Source: Octopus vulgaris (Eukaryota). From it: 64,000 nt of DNA. A model generated the notes under the pieces. That model was not told the DNA's origin. It saw only the letters and a list, made by a program, of their open reading frames with translations, and searched no databases. The stretch spans positions 26,288,001 through 26,352,000 of the forward strand of contig OX597821.1 in the NCBI GenBank assembly GCA_951406725.2, read 5' to 3'. Positions 40,911 through 54,962 of the stretch are shown here, piece by piece; positions within the stretch are counted from its first letter, which is position 1; every line of letters starts with the position of its first letter. The translations under genes were made by a program, and so were the position numbers.

Positions 40911-42016
40911 CGAGGGTGAGTAAAAAAATTATACGCGCTCTGTTTTTTCAAAGTATTTACACAAAAGCAGGGGATAAACAAGCACGTCATTTTTCTGTAT
41001 AGTCTCCTTCCTTTTCAATGCCCTCGGTCCAGCGGTCTACAAGCTTCGGTATTCCCTCCCTGAAGGTTTTCAGTTGGTCGTGCATTCATTTATGCATCGC
41101 TTCCTTCACATCTTCATCCGCAGGAAACCGACGACCTCGTAAACCATCTTTGAGCTGTCCAAAGATATGATTGTCGGAAGGGGCACGATCTGGGCTGTAG
41201 GCAGAGTGTTCCAGCACCCCAAAACCAAATTGGTTTATGGCTTCAATGGTCTGGGCGGTTGTGTGTGGGCGTGCACTGTCATGCAACAACAAAACTTCCT
41301 TTGACAATAGGCTTCTGCGTTTGGTGCGAATTACTGGCTTCAGTTTGTTGGCCAGCAAAGCACTGTATCTTACACTGTTGATCGTATAACCCTTTTCTAG
41401 GCAGTCTTATAATATAGGCCCTATTGAGTCCCAATTCAGGGTTAGCATCACCTATCTCGCGGAAGACAGAGTCTTGAAATTCTACGTCGCTGGCGAGCCA
41501 GGATGTTTTCACTCCATACTTTGTCTTTTGGATTCTGTCTCATAATGATAGACCCACGTTTCCTCTTCTGTCACTATTCTGCTTAAAAATTTGTCGCCCT
41601 CATTGGGCCATCGAGTAAACGTTGGCAGATCTCAAGACGTTTGCGCTTGTGCTCTGCAGTAAGCTCTCTTTGCAACCATCTTGCACAGACTTTATGGAAA
41701 TCTAGCTCATCGTGGATGATTTGATAGGCAGAACCATGACTAATCTGCCGGGAACGAGCTACCTCATCGATGATAACTCGCCGCTTCACCATTACCACCG
41801 CTCGATTTTGCTGAATCTTCTCGTCAGTGGTGGAGGTTAAAGAGGTGTCCTGATCCCGCTTCATGCGTTACATTTGTCCGGCCACTTTTAAACTTCTTGA
41901 TCCACCCATACACACTTCTACGCGGTAATACACTCCTTATATTCTGCAGAAGGCAGTGTAACAATAATAAAGAGAAGTTATGACGAAAGTGCGGATAATT
42001 TTGATTTCCCCTTGTA
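40911..42016 (-). mobile_element. Mariner (irritans-like) transposon with frameshifted transposase
   Basis: TIRs CGAGGGTGAGTAAAAAAATTATACGC / GCGGATAATTTTGATTTCCCCTTG; KVCARWLQREL, LLHDSARPH, HSAYSPDRAPSD. Confidence 0.92.
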
Positions 42017-42196
42017 TATATATTATATATATTTCCCTACCAAAAATTCACTAGGACCTCGAACCCACAAGAGTAAACAAGGGAGACAGAGACAGGCAGA
42101 AACAAGGAAATTGGCACTTGTATTTGAACACTATACAAATATTCTTTTTTAAAAACTTTTCTTTTAATTTTTCTAAATTTAATTATTTAATTGTTA

Positions 42197-42232
42197 CAGT
42201 TGAAAAAGTCTCAATGACTGAAACCGGTACTG
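42197..42232 (+). ncRNA. Minimal hammerhead motif with compensatory U3-A8 core
   Basis: cag TTGAAAA agtc-tcaat-gact GAAA ccgg TA ctg. Confidence 0.5.
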
Positions 42233-42357
42233 AAATGTTTTTTATAAAATCATTTTAGAATTTTCTATCTTGACTTTTTTATTCCATATGTGACCTCGTG
42301 TGCACCGTTGGCGATTTTTTTCCCACTATCTTCTCTTCTCTGGATTTTTCCTTCTAT

Positions 42358-42392
42358 GTTTCCGACGAAGAGCTCCGCTCGAAACGTTAAAC
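42358..42392 (+). ncRNA. Minimal hammerhead-like motif (CCGACGA core) in a pLTR-like fragment
   Basis: gttt CCGACGA a gagc-tcc-gctc GAAA cg TT aaac. The downstream ATTCCTGAG block is shared with the 6811-6934 element. Confidence 0.5.
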
Positions 42393-42509
42393 CCTCCTTC
42401 TTTCCTTCATTCCTGAGCGTCCAATAATACTATATTTGTTCCACGTCCTCGCGTTGTGGTGTTTTTTTGTGCTTTCTTGTTTGGATTAACTATATATATA
42501 TATGTTTAA

Positions 42510-42813
42510 GAGTAAAGATCCTCTTCCGTCATGAATGACCATGGGATTCCACCTAGAAAGATACCCTTAAAATCACAAGTCTGGGCAAGGTTTTTTTTTT
42601 ATGGAAGACCTGCAGTCGCCCGTGCAAACCAGCTTCCCGTTTCCACACCACCGATGTTATCCAAAAGAAAGACAAAGACCGATACAGTTTGCCACCAGTG
42701 ACGTCGCAACTCATTTCTACAGCTGAGTGAACTGGAGCAACGTTAAGTAATCAAACTCACTACCTCATGAACAACGTGACGCGGACGCATTAACCACTGA
42801 GCCATGCGCCTTC
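42510..42813 (-). mobile_element. SINE family C subtype
   Basis: Homologous to 233-555. Confidence 0.7.
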
Positions 42814-42954
42814 ACACACACACACACACACACGCACGCGCGCACGTTCGTACACACATACACATAAACACACACTCTCTCACCTCTCTGCCGTAACCAC
42901 TGGGCCATTGCGCCTTAATATACATATGAATATATACTAGATGTAAAGCAACGA

Positions 42955-43382
42955 ACAGGTAGAAACGTTAGCACGACGGGCAAAACGCTTAGCTGTATTT
43001 CAGCCATCTTTACGTTCTGAGTTCAAATTCCGCTGAGGTTATCTTTGCCTCCCATCCCTTCTAAGGTCGATAAAGAAAGTACAAGTTGAGAATTAGGGGC
43101 GGTGTAATCGACTTACCTACTCTCTCAAACTTGCTGGCCTTGTTCCAAAATTTGAAACCAATATATATATATATTTCTTTATTGCCCACAAGGGGCTAAA
43201 CACAGAGGGGACAAACAAGGACAGACAAACGGATTAAGTCGATTATATCGACCCCAGTGCGTAACTGGTACTTAATTTATCGACACCGAAAGGATGAAAG
43301 ACAAAGTCGACCTCGGCGGAATTTGAACTCGGAACGTAACGACAGACGAAATACGGCTACGGCGTGCTAACGTTTCTACCAG

Positions 43383-43385
<3 letters not shown>
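42955..43385. mobile_element. Tail-to-tail pair of SINE family D copies
   Basis: Plus copy 42955-43160 and minus copy 43174-43385. Confidence 0.8.
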
Positions 43386-43421
<36 letters not shown>

Positions 43422-43424
<3 letters not shown>

Positions 43425-44100
43425 ATACTTTGATACTTTGATAGGTTTCGGCCATTATTGGCCCAGGCCATGTCTAACTTATAGCACCACCTGGTGAAGT
43501 CTTTCAAGTCAGAATTTGGGCACTATTGCCCACTCAAGTAGGGTTATTGTTTACAGAGACATATCCGGGTGTGGGGTTTATCGGGATTTCTTGAAGGAAT
43601 CTGTCAAAGACTTCTTGAACCCTATAGGGTCAGTTTCTGTTTTAATGTGTTTGTGTAATGTTAAGAGAGCGGGGCAATTGAGGTGAAATAATTGTGCGAT
43701 TGTTGTTATGAGATGATAGATTTTGTTTTGGCGGATGGCACGGGGCCCAAGCCTTGGATGTACTAGGTGATCCAACATCATTTGGGCAATGTGATGGAAT
43801 ATTTTCCACATCATGCAGATGATGTAGCGCTCACGACGACGTTGGAGAATAAGTTTAGCTTTCTAGTCGACCCCAATAGTCAGGCTGTCATGCCATCTAT
43901 CTTTTTGTGATTGCCTTTGAGTGCTTCGACTTTTTGATACCTTGTATTGTGGGAGACACAGTGGACAACAGTATTCAAGGGGTCGGCAAAAGTGGAGAAG
44001 AGAAGGATAATGGTGTGGATATCTCTCGACTGGAAAGTTCTGAGAATCCGGAACACATTCTGCGGGCCATGTCAACTTTGGTGTTTATATGAGTGGCCCA
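43422..44100 (-). mobile_element. Degraded 3' end of a CR1/L2-like LINE related to 5609-6800
   Basis: RPLEYCCPL, RRERYIICMMWKI; stem-loop GGCC-AATAAT-GGCC-GAAAC and a (TATCAAAG)n tail. Confidence 0.8.
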
Positions 44101-44101
44101 G

Positions 44102-44185
<84 letters not shown>

Positions 44186-44232
44186 AAATATATATATATA
44201 TATATAGGAAACACTAATATATAACTATATAT

Positions 44233-44351
<119 letters not shown>

Positions 44352-44372
44352 GTATATATATATATATATATA

Positions 44373-44520
<148 letters not shown>

Positions 44521-44878
44521 AATATATATATAATTGATTAATTAATTACTTGATCGATCTGGGTTCAGTTCCATTGCGTAGAATTTCGGAATGGATCGAT
44601 CGATCCGGCTTCAGTCCCTCTGCGTGGCATCTTGGACAAGAATAGTCTCGTGCCAACCCTCCATTATCTAACAGTTCGGCAAAGGACACCGACAGAATAA
44701 GTACCAGGCCTAATAAAAAGGTACTGGGGTCGAGTTATTTGATTAAAAATCCATCAGCAGCATGGTCGCAGTCTAATGACTGAAACATGTAAAAGATACG
44801 TATATTACAGCATATCTACACAGTGTTGTATGGATGTATACGCGCATATATTCATACATACATACATACATACATACA

Positions 44879-44971
<93 letters not shown>

Positions 44972-44985
44972 GCACACACACATAT

Positions 44986-45046
<61 letters not shown>

Positions 45047-45883
45047 GATTTAACACACATATATATCATTCTCTATTTATATACTTGTATGCATCTTGGT
45101 TGACTTACACACACAGTAATTCAGGTAAAAGTTTATAAGAAAATTAATCAAATTCGGACTAGCTTTATATTTCATTTTTCACTATTTTTTGATAAACTTA
45201 TTGCATCTAATCAAATTATCCAAATATTTTTCTGACAATGATAAATAATGTTCAGGTTTCACTTATGTTCACCAATCACCATCCATATCTTTGTGCTGTC
45301 GTCGTCATTGATATCAACATAGAAGATAAGAGAAGTGAATCAGCTTGTTGCTGCTTCTAAATATGACATTCATTAATTCTTACAGCACAGAAGCCATTAA
45401 AACCGAGATTTGTTGAAAATATATTCCGCTGCATCGATCCACTTACAATCAGTCGGTAATAGTCTTTTAATTTTAGTTTTAACCAAAATAAAATTCGAGA
45501 CAGAATTTAGGTCGTTACCGATTCATCGTGGAGCTAGAAATAACACACAAAGCAAGATATTTCGTTTGAAACAATCCAATTACGAGAGAACTAAAACTTT
45601 TACGAAACGTTTCTTTTAGTGGGAGTCTAATGAGATTTTGTATTTTCTTTTTATATGCATGAGCAAATAAACGTATACTTTTCCCCCACCTCGACAATCT
45701 TCAAACGTTGGCACAAATATAGCCATGGTAAAGCGCAGGTTTGACGGTGGTAAGGTGCAAGTATGGATGCAGATAGGCGCAGATATGGCTGCGCGGTTAA
45801 GAAGCTCACATTAAAACTACGTGGTTTCGGGTTCGCTCTCTGTGCTGCACCTTGAGGAAGGGTCAACTATAATAGCTCCGGAT

Positions 45884-46087
45884 AAGGCGGCGATCTGGCA
45901 GAAACGTTTGCACGCCGGGCGAAATGCGTAGCCGTATTTCGTCTGCCGTTACGTTCTGGGTTCAAATTCCGCCGAGGTCGACTTTGCCTTTCATCCTTTC
46001 GGGGTCGATAAATTAAGTACCAGTTACGCACTGTTTGTCCCTTTTTGTCCCCTCTGTGTTTAGCCCCTTATGGGTAGTAAAGAAATA
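45884..46087 (+). mobile_element. SINE family D nested in an older family E SINE (about 45775-46520)
   Basis: 16-bp TSD TATAATAGCTCCGGAT on both sides. Confidence 0.85.
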
Positions 46088-46626
46088 TATAATAGCTCCG
46101 GATTGACCAATGTCTTGTGCGTGAATTTGTGAATCTGGAAGGTGGAAACTGTGCTGAAGTCCGCCTCACATACACACACACATATGCATATGTATATATG
46201 TATATATAATTACACACACATAAACACACACACACACACACACACACAGACACACACATAGACACACACACACACACACATATATAAAATACACACACAC
46301 GTACACATATGCATACATATGCGTGTGTGTGTGCGCGCGCGCATTTGCGTTTGTTTCCCACCACTGTCTGTCGTTCTTTTCGTCCCTATAACTTAGCAGT
46401 TTGGCAAAAAAAAAAAAAGAAAAACCTGACAGATTAAGTACCAGACTTAAAACATAAGTATTGGGGGTAGATTTGCCCAAGCATGGCCATAATCCAATGA
46501 TTGAAACAAGCAAAAGATAAAAGAACCATGAGAAATAAGAGTTCCATGGTCCATACTGTGATATAAAAAACAAAGGAAAAACAACGAGCCAAAAAGCAAT
46601 TAGCACTGTTCATTCCCCCTGCAAGT

Positions 46627-46910
46627 GGAGGCACATGGCCTAGTGGTTAGAGCAGCGGACTCGCGGTCGAGGGATCGCGAGTTCGAATCTCAGACCGGGC
46701 AATGTGTGTGTTTATGAGCGAAGCACCTAAGCTCCACGCGGCTCCGGCAGAAGGTAATGGCGAACTTCTGCTGACTCTTTCGCCACAACTTTCTCTCACT
46801 CTTTCCTCCTGCATCTTGCAGCTCATCTGCGATGGACCGGCGTCCCGTCCAAGGAAACCGGGAAACCGGCCCTTATGAGCCAGGCATGGCTCGAGAAGGA
46901 ACAAACAAAA
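46627..46910 (+). mobile_element. SINE family B
   Basis: Highly similar to 20412-20718. Confidence 0.85.
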
Positions 46911-46957
46911 ATTCACCCTGTATAGTTAAATGCATGTTTATTAATTTAATGTGAAAA

Positions 46958-47240
46958 CGTGTGGTTTAGTGGTTAGGGTGTTTGGCTCACGATCTTAAGG
47001 TCTTGGGCTCAATTCCTGGCACCGCGTTGTGTCATTGAGCAAGATACGTTATTTCATCGTGAAATACAGTTACTACTCAAAAATAAGTAGTAACTGTATT
47101 TCAAAGGGTCAGCCGTGTCACACTGAATCTCCGAGTACTACGTTATGAATACGCGTGTCTGTGGAGTACTCAGCCACTTGCACGTTAATTTCATCAGCAG
47201 GATCAACTGGAACCCTCGTCGTCATAACCGATGGAGTGCC
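46958..47240 (+). mobile_element. SINE family C, degraded
   Basis: Similar to 16600-16920. Confidence 0.75.
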
Positions 47241-47879
47241 GGTTTAAAAAAAAAATTAAATTAGATAGCACGCGTCATGTTTTTACCATCGGATTATTGA
47301 AATAGCTGAGCAGTTTTGTACCTACTTGACATAGTTGAATTAAAGACTTAGTTCTGGTGTTGTTCACGAGGAAGATATTTCATTTAATCACTGCTTTTAT
47401 TTCTAAGAATATTCCTTTTTCAATAACTAGCTCAGGTCACCACAAGTCGGTGCCTACAACAGGAAAATCAATCATTCGTATTGCGTCACCAGTGCTTTGC
47501 CATCATACTACTGTCAAAGACTTTTGCGACCCAACAAAGCAATCAACGTGTAAGTAAATAGATTCTATGAGGAAGTACAGTTCGCTCTTCTAGATGCCGA
47601 GGTATGTATGGTATAATTAACAATTTTTGTCATTGTTAATTTGCAGTGCTGGATCTAAAATACTTCTGTAGGTTTAGTAAGGAGGCAGATAAAGTCAGCT
47701 AACCTATATAATTATTTTGGTTGAAGTAAACGTTTCCATTGTTGTCCAAATGACCAACAATTTATGTGATACTCAAAATGTATAACCTGACGTAACAACA
47801 GCTTCATCATAGTTAATATTTATTTCACCAAGTGAAATATTTATTTATTAATATCTATTAATTTCTATTTCACCAATCA

Positions 47880-48280
47880 GGTAGAATCGTTAGCACGCCG
47901 GGCAACAGGCTAAGCAGCATTTCGTTCGGTTTTTACGTTCTCAGTTCAAATTCTGTCGAGGTCGACTTTGCCTTTCATCCTTTCGGAGGTCGACCATAAA
48001 ATAAGTACCAGTTGAGCACTGAAGTCGATGCAATCAACTTAACCCCTCACCTGGTCTTATGACAACGTTTGAAACCAATATCTTTTTTTACTAAAGGCAG
48101 CGAACTGGCAGAATCGTTAGCACCCCAAACAAAATGCTTGGCGGCGTTTCTTCCGGATTGACGCTCTAGGTTCAAATTTCACCGATGTTGACTTTACTCT
48201 TCATCCTATAGGGGTCGATGTCATCGACTTACTCTCTCCTGCGAATTTGCTGGCCTTGTGCCAAAGCTTGAAATCAATAC
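47880..48280 (+). mobile_element. Two tandem SINE family D copies
   Basis: AGAATCGTTAGCAC heads at about 47883 and 48110. Confidence 0.7.
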
Positions 48281-48449
48281 TCCTTTCACTAAAAAAAAAA
48301 AGACCGCCCTTAGAAATTATTAGAGAAATTCTCTCTTTAGGATCACGATTTACTCGCTACAATATTATATTAAGTACACTTCGAACTTGTAGCATTATTT
48401 CCTGACTCAAACTATCACAAGTGTATTAGATTTTAAAATTTCATTAGAA

Positions 48450-49430
48450 AAGGCAGCTTGGTTGGTATTCACCGCCTACGGCATAGCTAAGGTGTTGAAA
48501 TGAGTGTGGGGAGCCTAACAAAATGTTTGCAGGTTAATTCGTTAGTTTGCAATTATATTCTCTGTATATCGGCAGCTACTTTGGTTTAAACTGTTTGTTT
48601 CAGTAAGTATTTAGTCCTATGCATATGGAATGCGTTCGACCCCTATCTTATATTTAAGGCTCTTCCGGTAATGAATATTATATGCATCTTCTTTGCAGTA
48701 CACCACAAACTTTGAAAGGCAAAATCTATTAATAGGGAAAGTCGTGGGGTGGATTCGAATTACATGTCAAATAAAGGTAAGAGATGGTAGTCGATGAACG
48801 GATTCTAATCTTGATTCTGGTTATTGTGATGCGAAGTCAGGTGCGCCGCTGTAATTTTGTTTGACAGTGTTCTTGTTGAAAAAAATTACAGTATTTGTCA
48901 TTGTTAGATGTGCTTTTGCACCAAAGTAAAAATCTACTGGCTAAGTTTTGTGAGCGTTGAAACTGAAAAGCATTAAAAACTGCGCTTAACTATTGTAATG
49001 TTTGTAGCGTTTTAACATTGCCTGTGTTGTTGATTGTATGATGAATTTGAAGCTGCTTAGTAGCGGTGCATCATTGTGGTGTTGGGATGCACAGGTGAAA
49101 AAAGCTTCGTCTAAGGATAGGCCCAAAAAGCAAGTGCTGATGTTCTCGATTAGGCCTTGATAATAGACCGTGAATGGTTAGAGCCTTTGTTAATGACAAA
49201 TAGTTTTTTGGAAGGGTTTTCTCAAGAGGTGGTAACTATTGTTAACTAAATTGAAAGTAATAGCTAAGAAGATAACAGTTCTTAGATCTGCACCAATTGT
49301 CAGTTTTAGGTATAGTTCTTTATGTGGATCAATAAGGTTTTCGTCAATGCTTTTAACTGACAACTTTTCATATTTAGTGTTAGTACGATCTCATCATCTC
49401 TATACATGCCTCATTTTAAGCTGCGAATTT
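48450..49430 (-). pseudogene. Highly degraded Penelope-like (Neptune-type) RT / GIY-YIG remnant
   Basis: Manual minus-strand translation across frameshifts: GMYRDDEIVL, LTIGADLRTVIFLAITFNLVNNSYHLLRKP, FNKNTVKQNYSGAP, TCN..FPINRFCLSKFVVY, CIGL. Confidence 0.7.
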
Positions 49431-49462
49431 CACGTGTAGTAAGTATAAATAGAAGTAAATTG

Positions 49463-49882
49463 GGATCTTTTCGGTTTGAACGGCAGTTTTTTCTAGCGGT
49501 GTCATATGAAATTGTTACCCATAATTATGACCCTAGTATCGATCTATTGCATTTCAATTTGTTTTAGGGTTAGGGTTAGGGGTGGGGGAAGGGTATCTTT
49601 TTTTCTTCACAAATGTAAATAAACCCAATATGTTTCTTAAACGAGGGACATATTCATACGGCACAGAATGTTTTTTTTTACCTCAATAGACGTATTTGAT
49701 TGGTTGAAATTGCAGAAATTGAAGAAAAATAACAACAAATATCTTACAAACTATAGAATTTTCTCTATAAAGCCAAGAGAAAAAGATGTTTTATAAACAC
49801 ATTCTACCAGTATACGAAGTTTAAAATTTTTTAGTTACCTAGAAATTATGTTAAAAACTGCCGTTCAAACCGAAAAAAATCC
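49463..49882. mobile_element. Second copy (inverted) of the telomeric-repeat TIR element
   Basis: Same TIR, perfect 8-bp TSD GTAAATTG, (TTAGGG)3 at 49564-49581. Confidence 0.85.
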
Positions 49883-50064
49883 GTAAATTGATTACTTTGA
49901 CTTAAGTTGAAATCATTTCTCTATACTTTAAGTTCAAATCTGCAGAGGTAGACTTTGTCACTTAAGTAATGAGTGCACTTAAACAAAGCCATAGTCTGGT
50001 TGCAATTTCCACTGACTGCAACTCACTTCTCCTCTATTAATAGTTTATAAGTCTTGAGGCAATA

Positions 50065-50530
50065 TACTCTCTTTACTCTTTTGCTCTTTTACCTGTTTCA
50101 GTCATTGGACTGTGGCCATGCTGGAGCACCGCCTTTAGTCGAGCAAATCGACCCCCGGACTTATTCTTTGTAAGCCTAGTACTTATTCCATCGGTCTCTT
50201 TTGCCGAACCGCTAAGTTACGGGGACGTAAACACACCAGCATCGGTTGTCAAGCGATGTTGGGGAGAAAACACACACACAAACATATACACACACACACA
50301 TACATACATACACATACATACACATTATCATTATTATTATTTAGGCGGTGAGCTGGCACGCCAGGCAACAGGCTTAGCGGTATTTCGTTCGTTTTTACGT
50401 TCTGAGTTCGAATTCCGCCGAGATCGACTTTGCCTTTCATCCTTTCAGGGTCGATAAATGAAGTACCAGTGAAATACTGGGGCCAATGAAATCGACTTAA
50501 TCCCCGCCTCCAAGCTGCCCTTGTGGCAAA
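50065..50530. mobile_element. SINE family E 3' half (minus) followed by family D (plus, 50343-50530)
   Basis: Matches 26670-26870 and the family D core. Confidence 0.75.
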
Positions 50531-50579
50531 CATTTTAAATCATCATCATCATCATCATTATTATTATTATCATTATTCT

Positions 50580-50653
<74 letters not shown>

Positions 50654-51219
50654 TTGCTATTCAGTATTTTAAATCCGAAATCCATTAAACCATAGCCTAG
50701 CCAGTTAAACCGAGGTTTTATTCAACCAGTCCTGGTCTGGGTCGATATAACCCAATATTCAATCTATACGAATGCTAAAAAATAATCAATATTAAATTCG
50801 TTAGGTTTACATCAGTACACTTTGAGGAATTTGAAATTAGCGGGGACATAGCTTTGTTTAAAACATAACCTGAAAATGGAATTTTTCCTTTGTTAGTTGG
50901 ATCAGTCAAAGACGGAATGTTACAACTCTCAGCTTTCTCTCTCTTTCTCTCTTCCTCTTTGTCTCCATCTTTGGCTATCATTTTCTCCCTCTCTCTTTTG
51001 CAGTCTCTTTCTTTCTTTCTTTTTTTCTACTTTGCTGCTTCCATACAATTTTTACAGTCAACATTTCTGCATTTACTGCGCTGCATTTGGTTTAAGTTTC
51101 ATTTGTCCTGAACAAGGTAATAATAAATAAATAAATAAATAGATAAAATAAAGTGAAACAACAAAACAAAGGAAAGGTAAAAGCGGAAGAAAGGAACTGA
51201 GAGAAAGAGAGTGAGAAAA

Positions 51220-51318
<99 letters not shown>

Positions 51319-51631
51319 AACACAAACTTTAAACCAATTTAAGTCTAGCAAGAGTTGTTCGTTGAAGAGAAGTAGGTCAAAGGGAGGAATCAATTTGGCA
51401 CTGGAGTTTAGAAAGCGGCAAAATTTGCTGACGCGTGAGTCAGTTAAACGCAAGCGAGGCTGAATACGGAAGCTTATTAGCAGCAAAAATCGTTTTTTAA
51501 AGTTTTTTTTTTTTTAACGCAAATTCTCTTCCTTTTCTGCTCACCATATCTGTTAATCTCTCCTCACTGTCATAGCCCGTCTCCCCTGCTCTTGTTCTTT
51601 GTCTCTGTGTGTGCGCGCCCGCATATGTGTA

Positions 51632-51673
<42 letters not shown>

Positions 51674-51749
51674 TGTGTGCGTATATATATATGCATGTAT
51701 ATATTAAAATATATATATGCATATATATGTGCACACAAATATATATGTA

Positions 51750-51798
<49 letters not shown>

Positions 51799-51940
51799 AT
51801 GTGTGTGTGTGTGTGTGTGTGTATACACAACTTATACATACACGTATAACTTAAAAATACATACTCGCACATATATATCTATTTGCGTGTATGCATGTAT
51901 TTATGTATGTATGTGTGTATATATTTATATATACATGCAT

Positions 51941-51976
<36 letters not shown>

Positions 51977-52083
51977 GTATAACATATATATACATAAACG
52001 TACACTTGAACATGCCGTGGATGTCGGAGAGAAATAATGCTTACAGTGTATTACACACACACTCTCTCTCTCTCTCTCATACA

Positions 52084-52134
<51 letters not shown>

Positions 52135-52334
52135 TCACACACATACACACACGCACACACGCACACACACACGCGCACGCACACACACACACACAATTAC
52201 AGAAAAGTCATGAGAGCAGAGAAATATTCCGCTGTGAAATTTCTCGCGAATGAGACATTATCGTTGCCATATTGATTTTATATTTCCTCAACTTGCGTCA
52301 CACCACTTGTGGCATTGGTGTATCAGCACTACTC

Positions 52335-52447
52335 TAATAATAGCAGCAGTAGTAGTGGTGGTAATATTATTATTATTATTAGTAGTAGTAGTAGTAGCAG
52401 CAGCAGCAGCAACAGTAGTAGTAGTGGTGGTGGTGGTGGTGGTGGTC

Positions 52448-52480
<33 letters not shown>

Positions 52481-52763
52481 ACAAAAGCAACAGAAGCAGC
52501 AACTGCAGCAACTAATAACATTCTTCTTCTTCTTCTTCTTCTTCTTCTTCTTCTTCTTCTTCTTCTTCTTCTTCGTCTTCTTCTTCTTCTTCTATTAGTA
52601 TGAGTAGTAGTAGCTGTAGCATGAGCAGCAACAGTTGTAATAGTAGAGGTAGCATGACCAGCAGAAGGGGCAGCAGTAGCGGGAACATCAGCAGCAGTAG
52701 TTGTAGAAACAGAAGCGGCAGTAGCAGCAGCTACAACAGTAGTAGTAATAGTAGTAGTAGTAA

Positions 52764-52813
<50 letters not shown>

Positions 52814-52890
52814 ACAGTTGCATCGACTGTTGCAACAATAACAACAATAACAACGGCAGCAGCAGCAGTAGTTGTAGTAACAACAGCATC
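52335..52890. repeat. Compound trinucleotide tract (AGT/AGC/GGT/TTC)
   Basis: Direct reading. Confidence 0.9.
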
Positions 52891-54609
52891 ATTTTTTCTT
52901 CCAATGTGTGGCTTAAAATACTTCCAAACCATATATAACCTTCAATTTGGAGCACCCAACAAAAGCCCTAGCCTTTAGCCTATGGATCTCATAATCCCGG
53001 GCAGACCCTCATGTCATATACTCCAGTGCATAATCTTTTTAAATCTAACAATATGGCGTCACATAAATTCTGTGTTTCAGTCATTGGTCGACAGCCATTT
53101 TGAATCACTGATTTGAAAGATTTTTAGTCGATCATATCGACCCCAGTTTTGTACGATTACTGTGTCACACCGCTAAGTTTACGGGACAAAATCAGAAATG
53201 CCGTTTCTCAATCGGTGTCAAGAGAAACTGACCCCCCCCACCGCCGCCACACTAGCACACACGACGTGATTCCACAGTTTCCGTTTTCCGATTTCACGCA
53301 TGAGACATAGATCAGCTGTTGGTTTTAGTGGACGATATTTGACCAAACCGAAACGCAGAGGAACTAACCCCGAAATATATGTACCTAATTAGACTGTTTA
53401 CTGAATGAGGTACGCACTATAATAATTGCATGTAACCTCGTTCTTTGAACTATAGCACGACCTCATTCTGTGAAATATAAACCTTACCTTATTCTTCATT
53501 AAGTAATTCGTATCTCAATCACTTGGATAAATAATTGATGAAATGGTTTTTTACTTAGGTGCAGCGTTTCAGATTTTTGGAGAAGTATTAAATCACGAGA
53601 TTTTCATGGTAATCCACGCAAGAGATTTGAAATGGCATAAACTGGGAACTGAAATCGGTTTCCTTCCTTACAACAACTCTTCTTAATTTTGGCACAAGGT
53701 CAACAGTTTTGAGCGGGAAGTCGATTCCATTAATCCAAATGTTTGACTGATTCTTATCTTATCGACTCCGAAAGTATGAAAGGCAAAGCCAACCTCGGCA
53801 AGATTTGAACTCAGAATATAAAGAGCGAAAATCCCATCGATGTTAACTTTGAACATCAACAAAAACAACAGCCACAATACCGATGACAATGATGATGATG
53901 ATGATGGTGAAGATGATTAATTGAATCTCTGTACTCTTTAGCAGCTTCCTGAAATTTAGCATCTCTCTGACACACTAACCTTTTCTTCAGTCGCACCGGA
54001 GGAATGTGATATTTCGCATTATGGCAAACAAAATTCTTTGACTTTTATTTAAATGTCCCTAAATCTAGCAGGTGAATGAAATGTATAGATATTAAACAGT
54101 AGTCTGCTAAACCTATAGTTGATTGTTCAGTTTCGGGTGGGTATAATTAATTAGCCTGAAAGAAAACTTTTTTATATTGTTGTATTTCGGGATGATCATT
54201 TTTTTTTTTTGCCAAGTAAACACATGCACTATATTATTCGTTCTTCACTCGTTTGTTACTGTTCTTATTTTAACTCGTGTTCATTGTGCGGAAATCTTTC
54301 GTTACACATCTGTTGCCTCTTCAGCGATACTTTCCGTCCTGGTGTGCGCTCCTGCTCCGCTTTGTCCATTCTCTTCTTCAATTTTTTTTTCTTTTTATCG
54401 TTTACTTGTTTCAGTCATCTGACTGCGGCCATGCTGGGACACCACCTTGAAGGGTTATGTTTGTGTGTCGATAGAATAAGTACTAAGTTTACAAAGAATA
54501 AGCCCTGGGGTAGACTCGTTCGAATAATAGCGGTGCTCCAGCATGGCTGCAGTCAAATGTCTGAAACAAATAAAAGAATAAAAGAATATATATGTATATA
54601 TATATACCA

Positions 54610-54962
54610 AGGCGTAGGCGTGGCTGTGTGGTAAGTAGCTTGTTTCTCAACCATATGTTTTCGGATTTAGTTGCACTGGGTGGAACTTTGGGCAAGTGTC
54701 TTCTACTATAGCCTCAGGCCAACTAAAGCCTTGTGAATGAATTTGGTGGACAGAAACTGAAAGAAGTTCGTCGTTTATTTATATATCTATGTGTGTGTGT
54801 GTGTCTTTGTGTCTGTGTTTGTTCACCCATTAACACTTGACAACCGGTGCTGGTGTGTTTACGTCCCCGTTCTGGGTTCGATTTGTACGACTAAAACCCC
54901 TCAAGGTGGTGTTCCAGCATGGCGGCAGTCAAATAACTGAACCAAGTAAAAGAATAAAAGAC
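54610..54962 (+). mobile_element. SINE family E
   Basis: AGGCGTAGGCGTGGCTGTGTGGTAAG head...CAGCATGGCGGCAGTCAAAT..GTAAAAGAATAAAAG tail. Confidence 0.75.

Noticed and set aside
52250-52955. Poly-T/S/R/L ORFs resembling mucin
   Set aside because: Compound trinucleotide repeats are open in most frames by construction; no splice or domain evidence.
54289-54326. Minus-strand CTGAAGA...GAAA-gatt-TC hammerhead-like spacing
   Set aside because: Helix I is only 2 bp and helix II is poor, so it cannot be told from chance.
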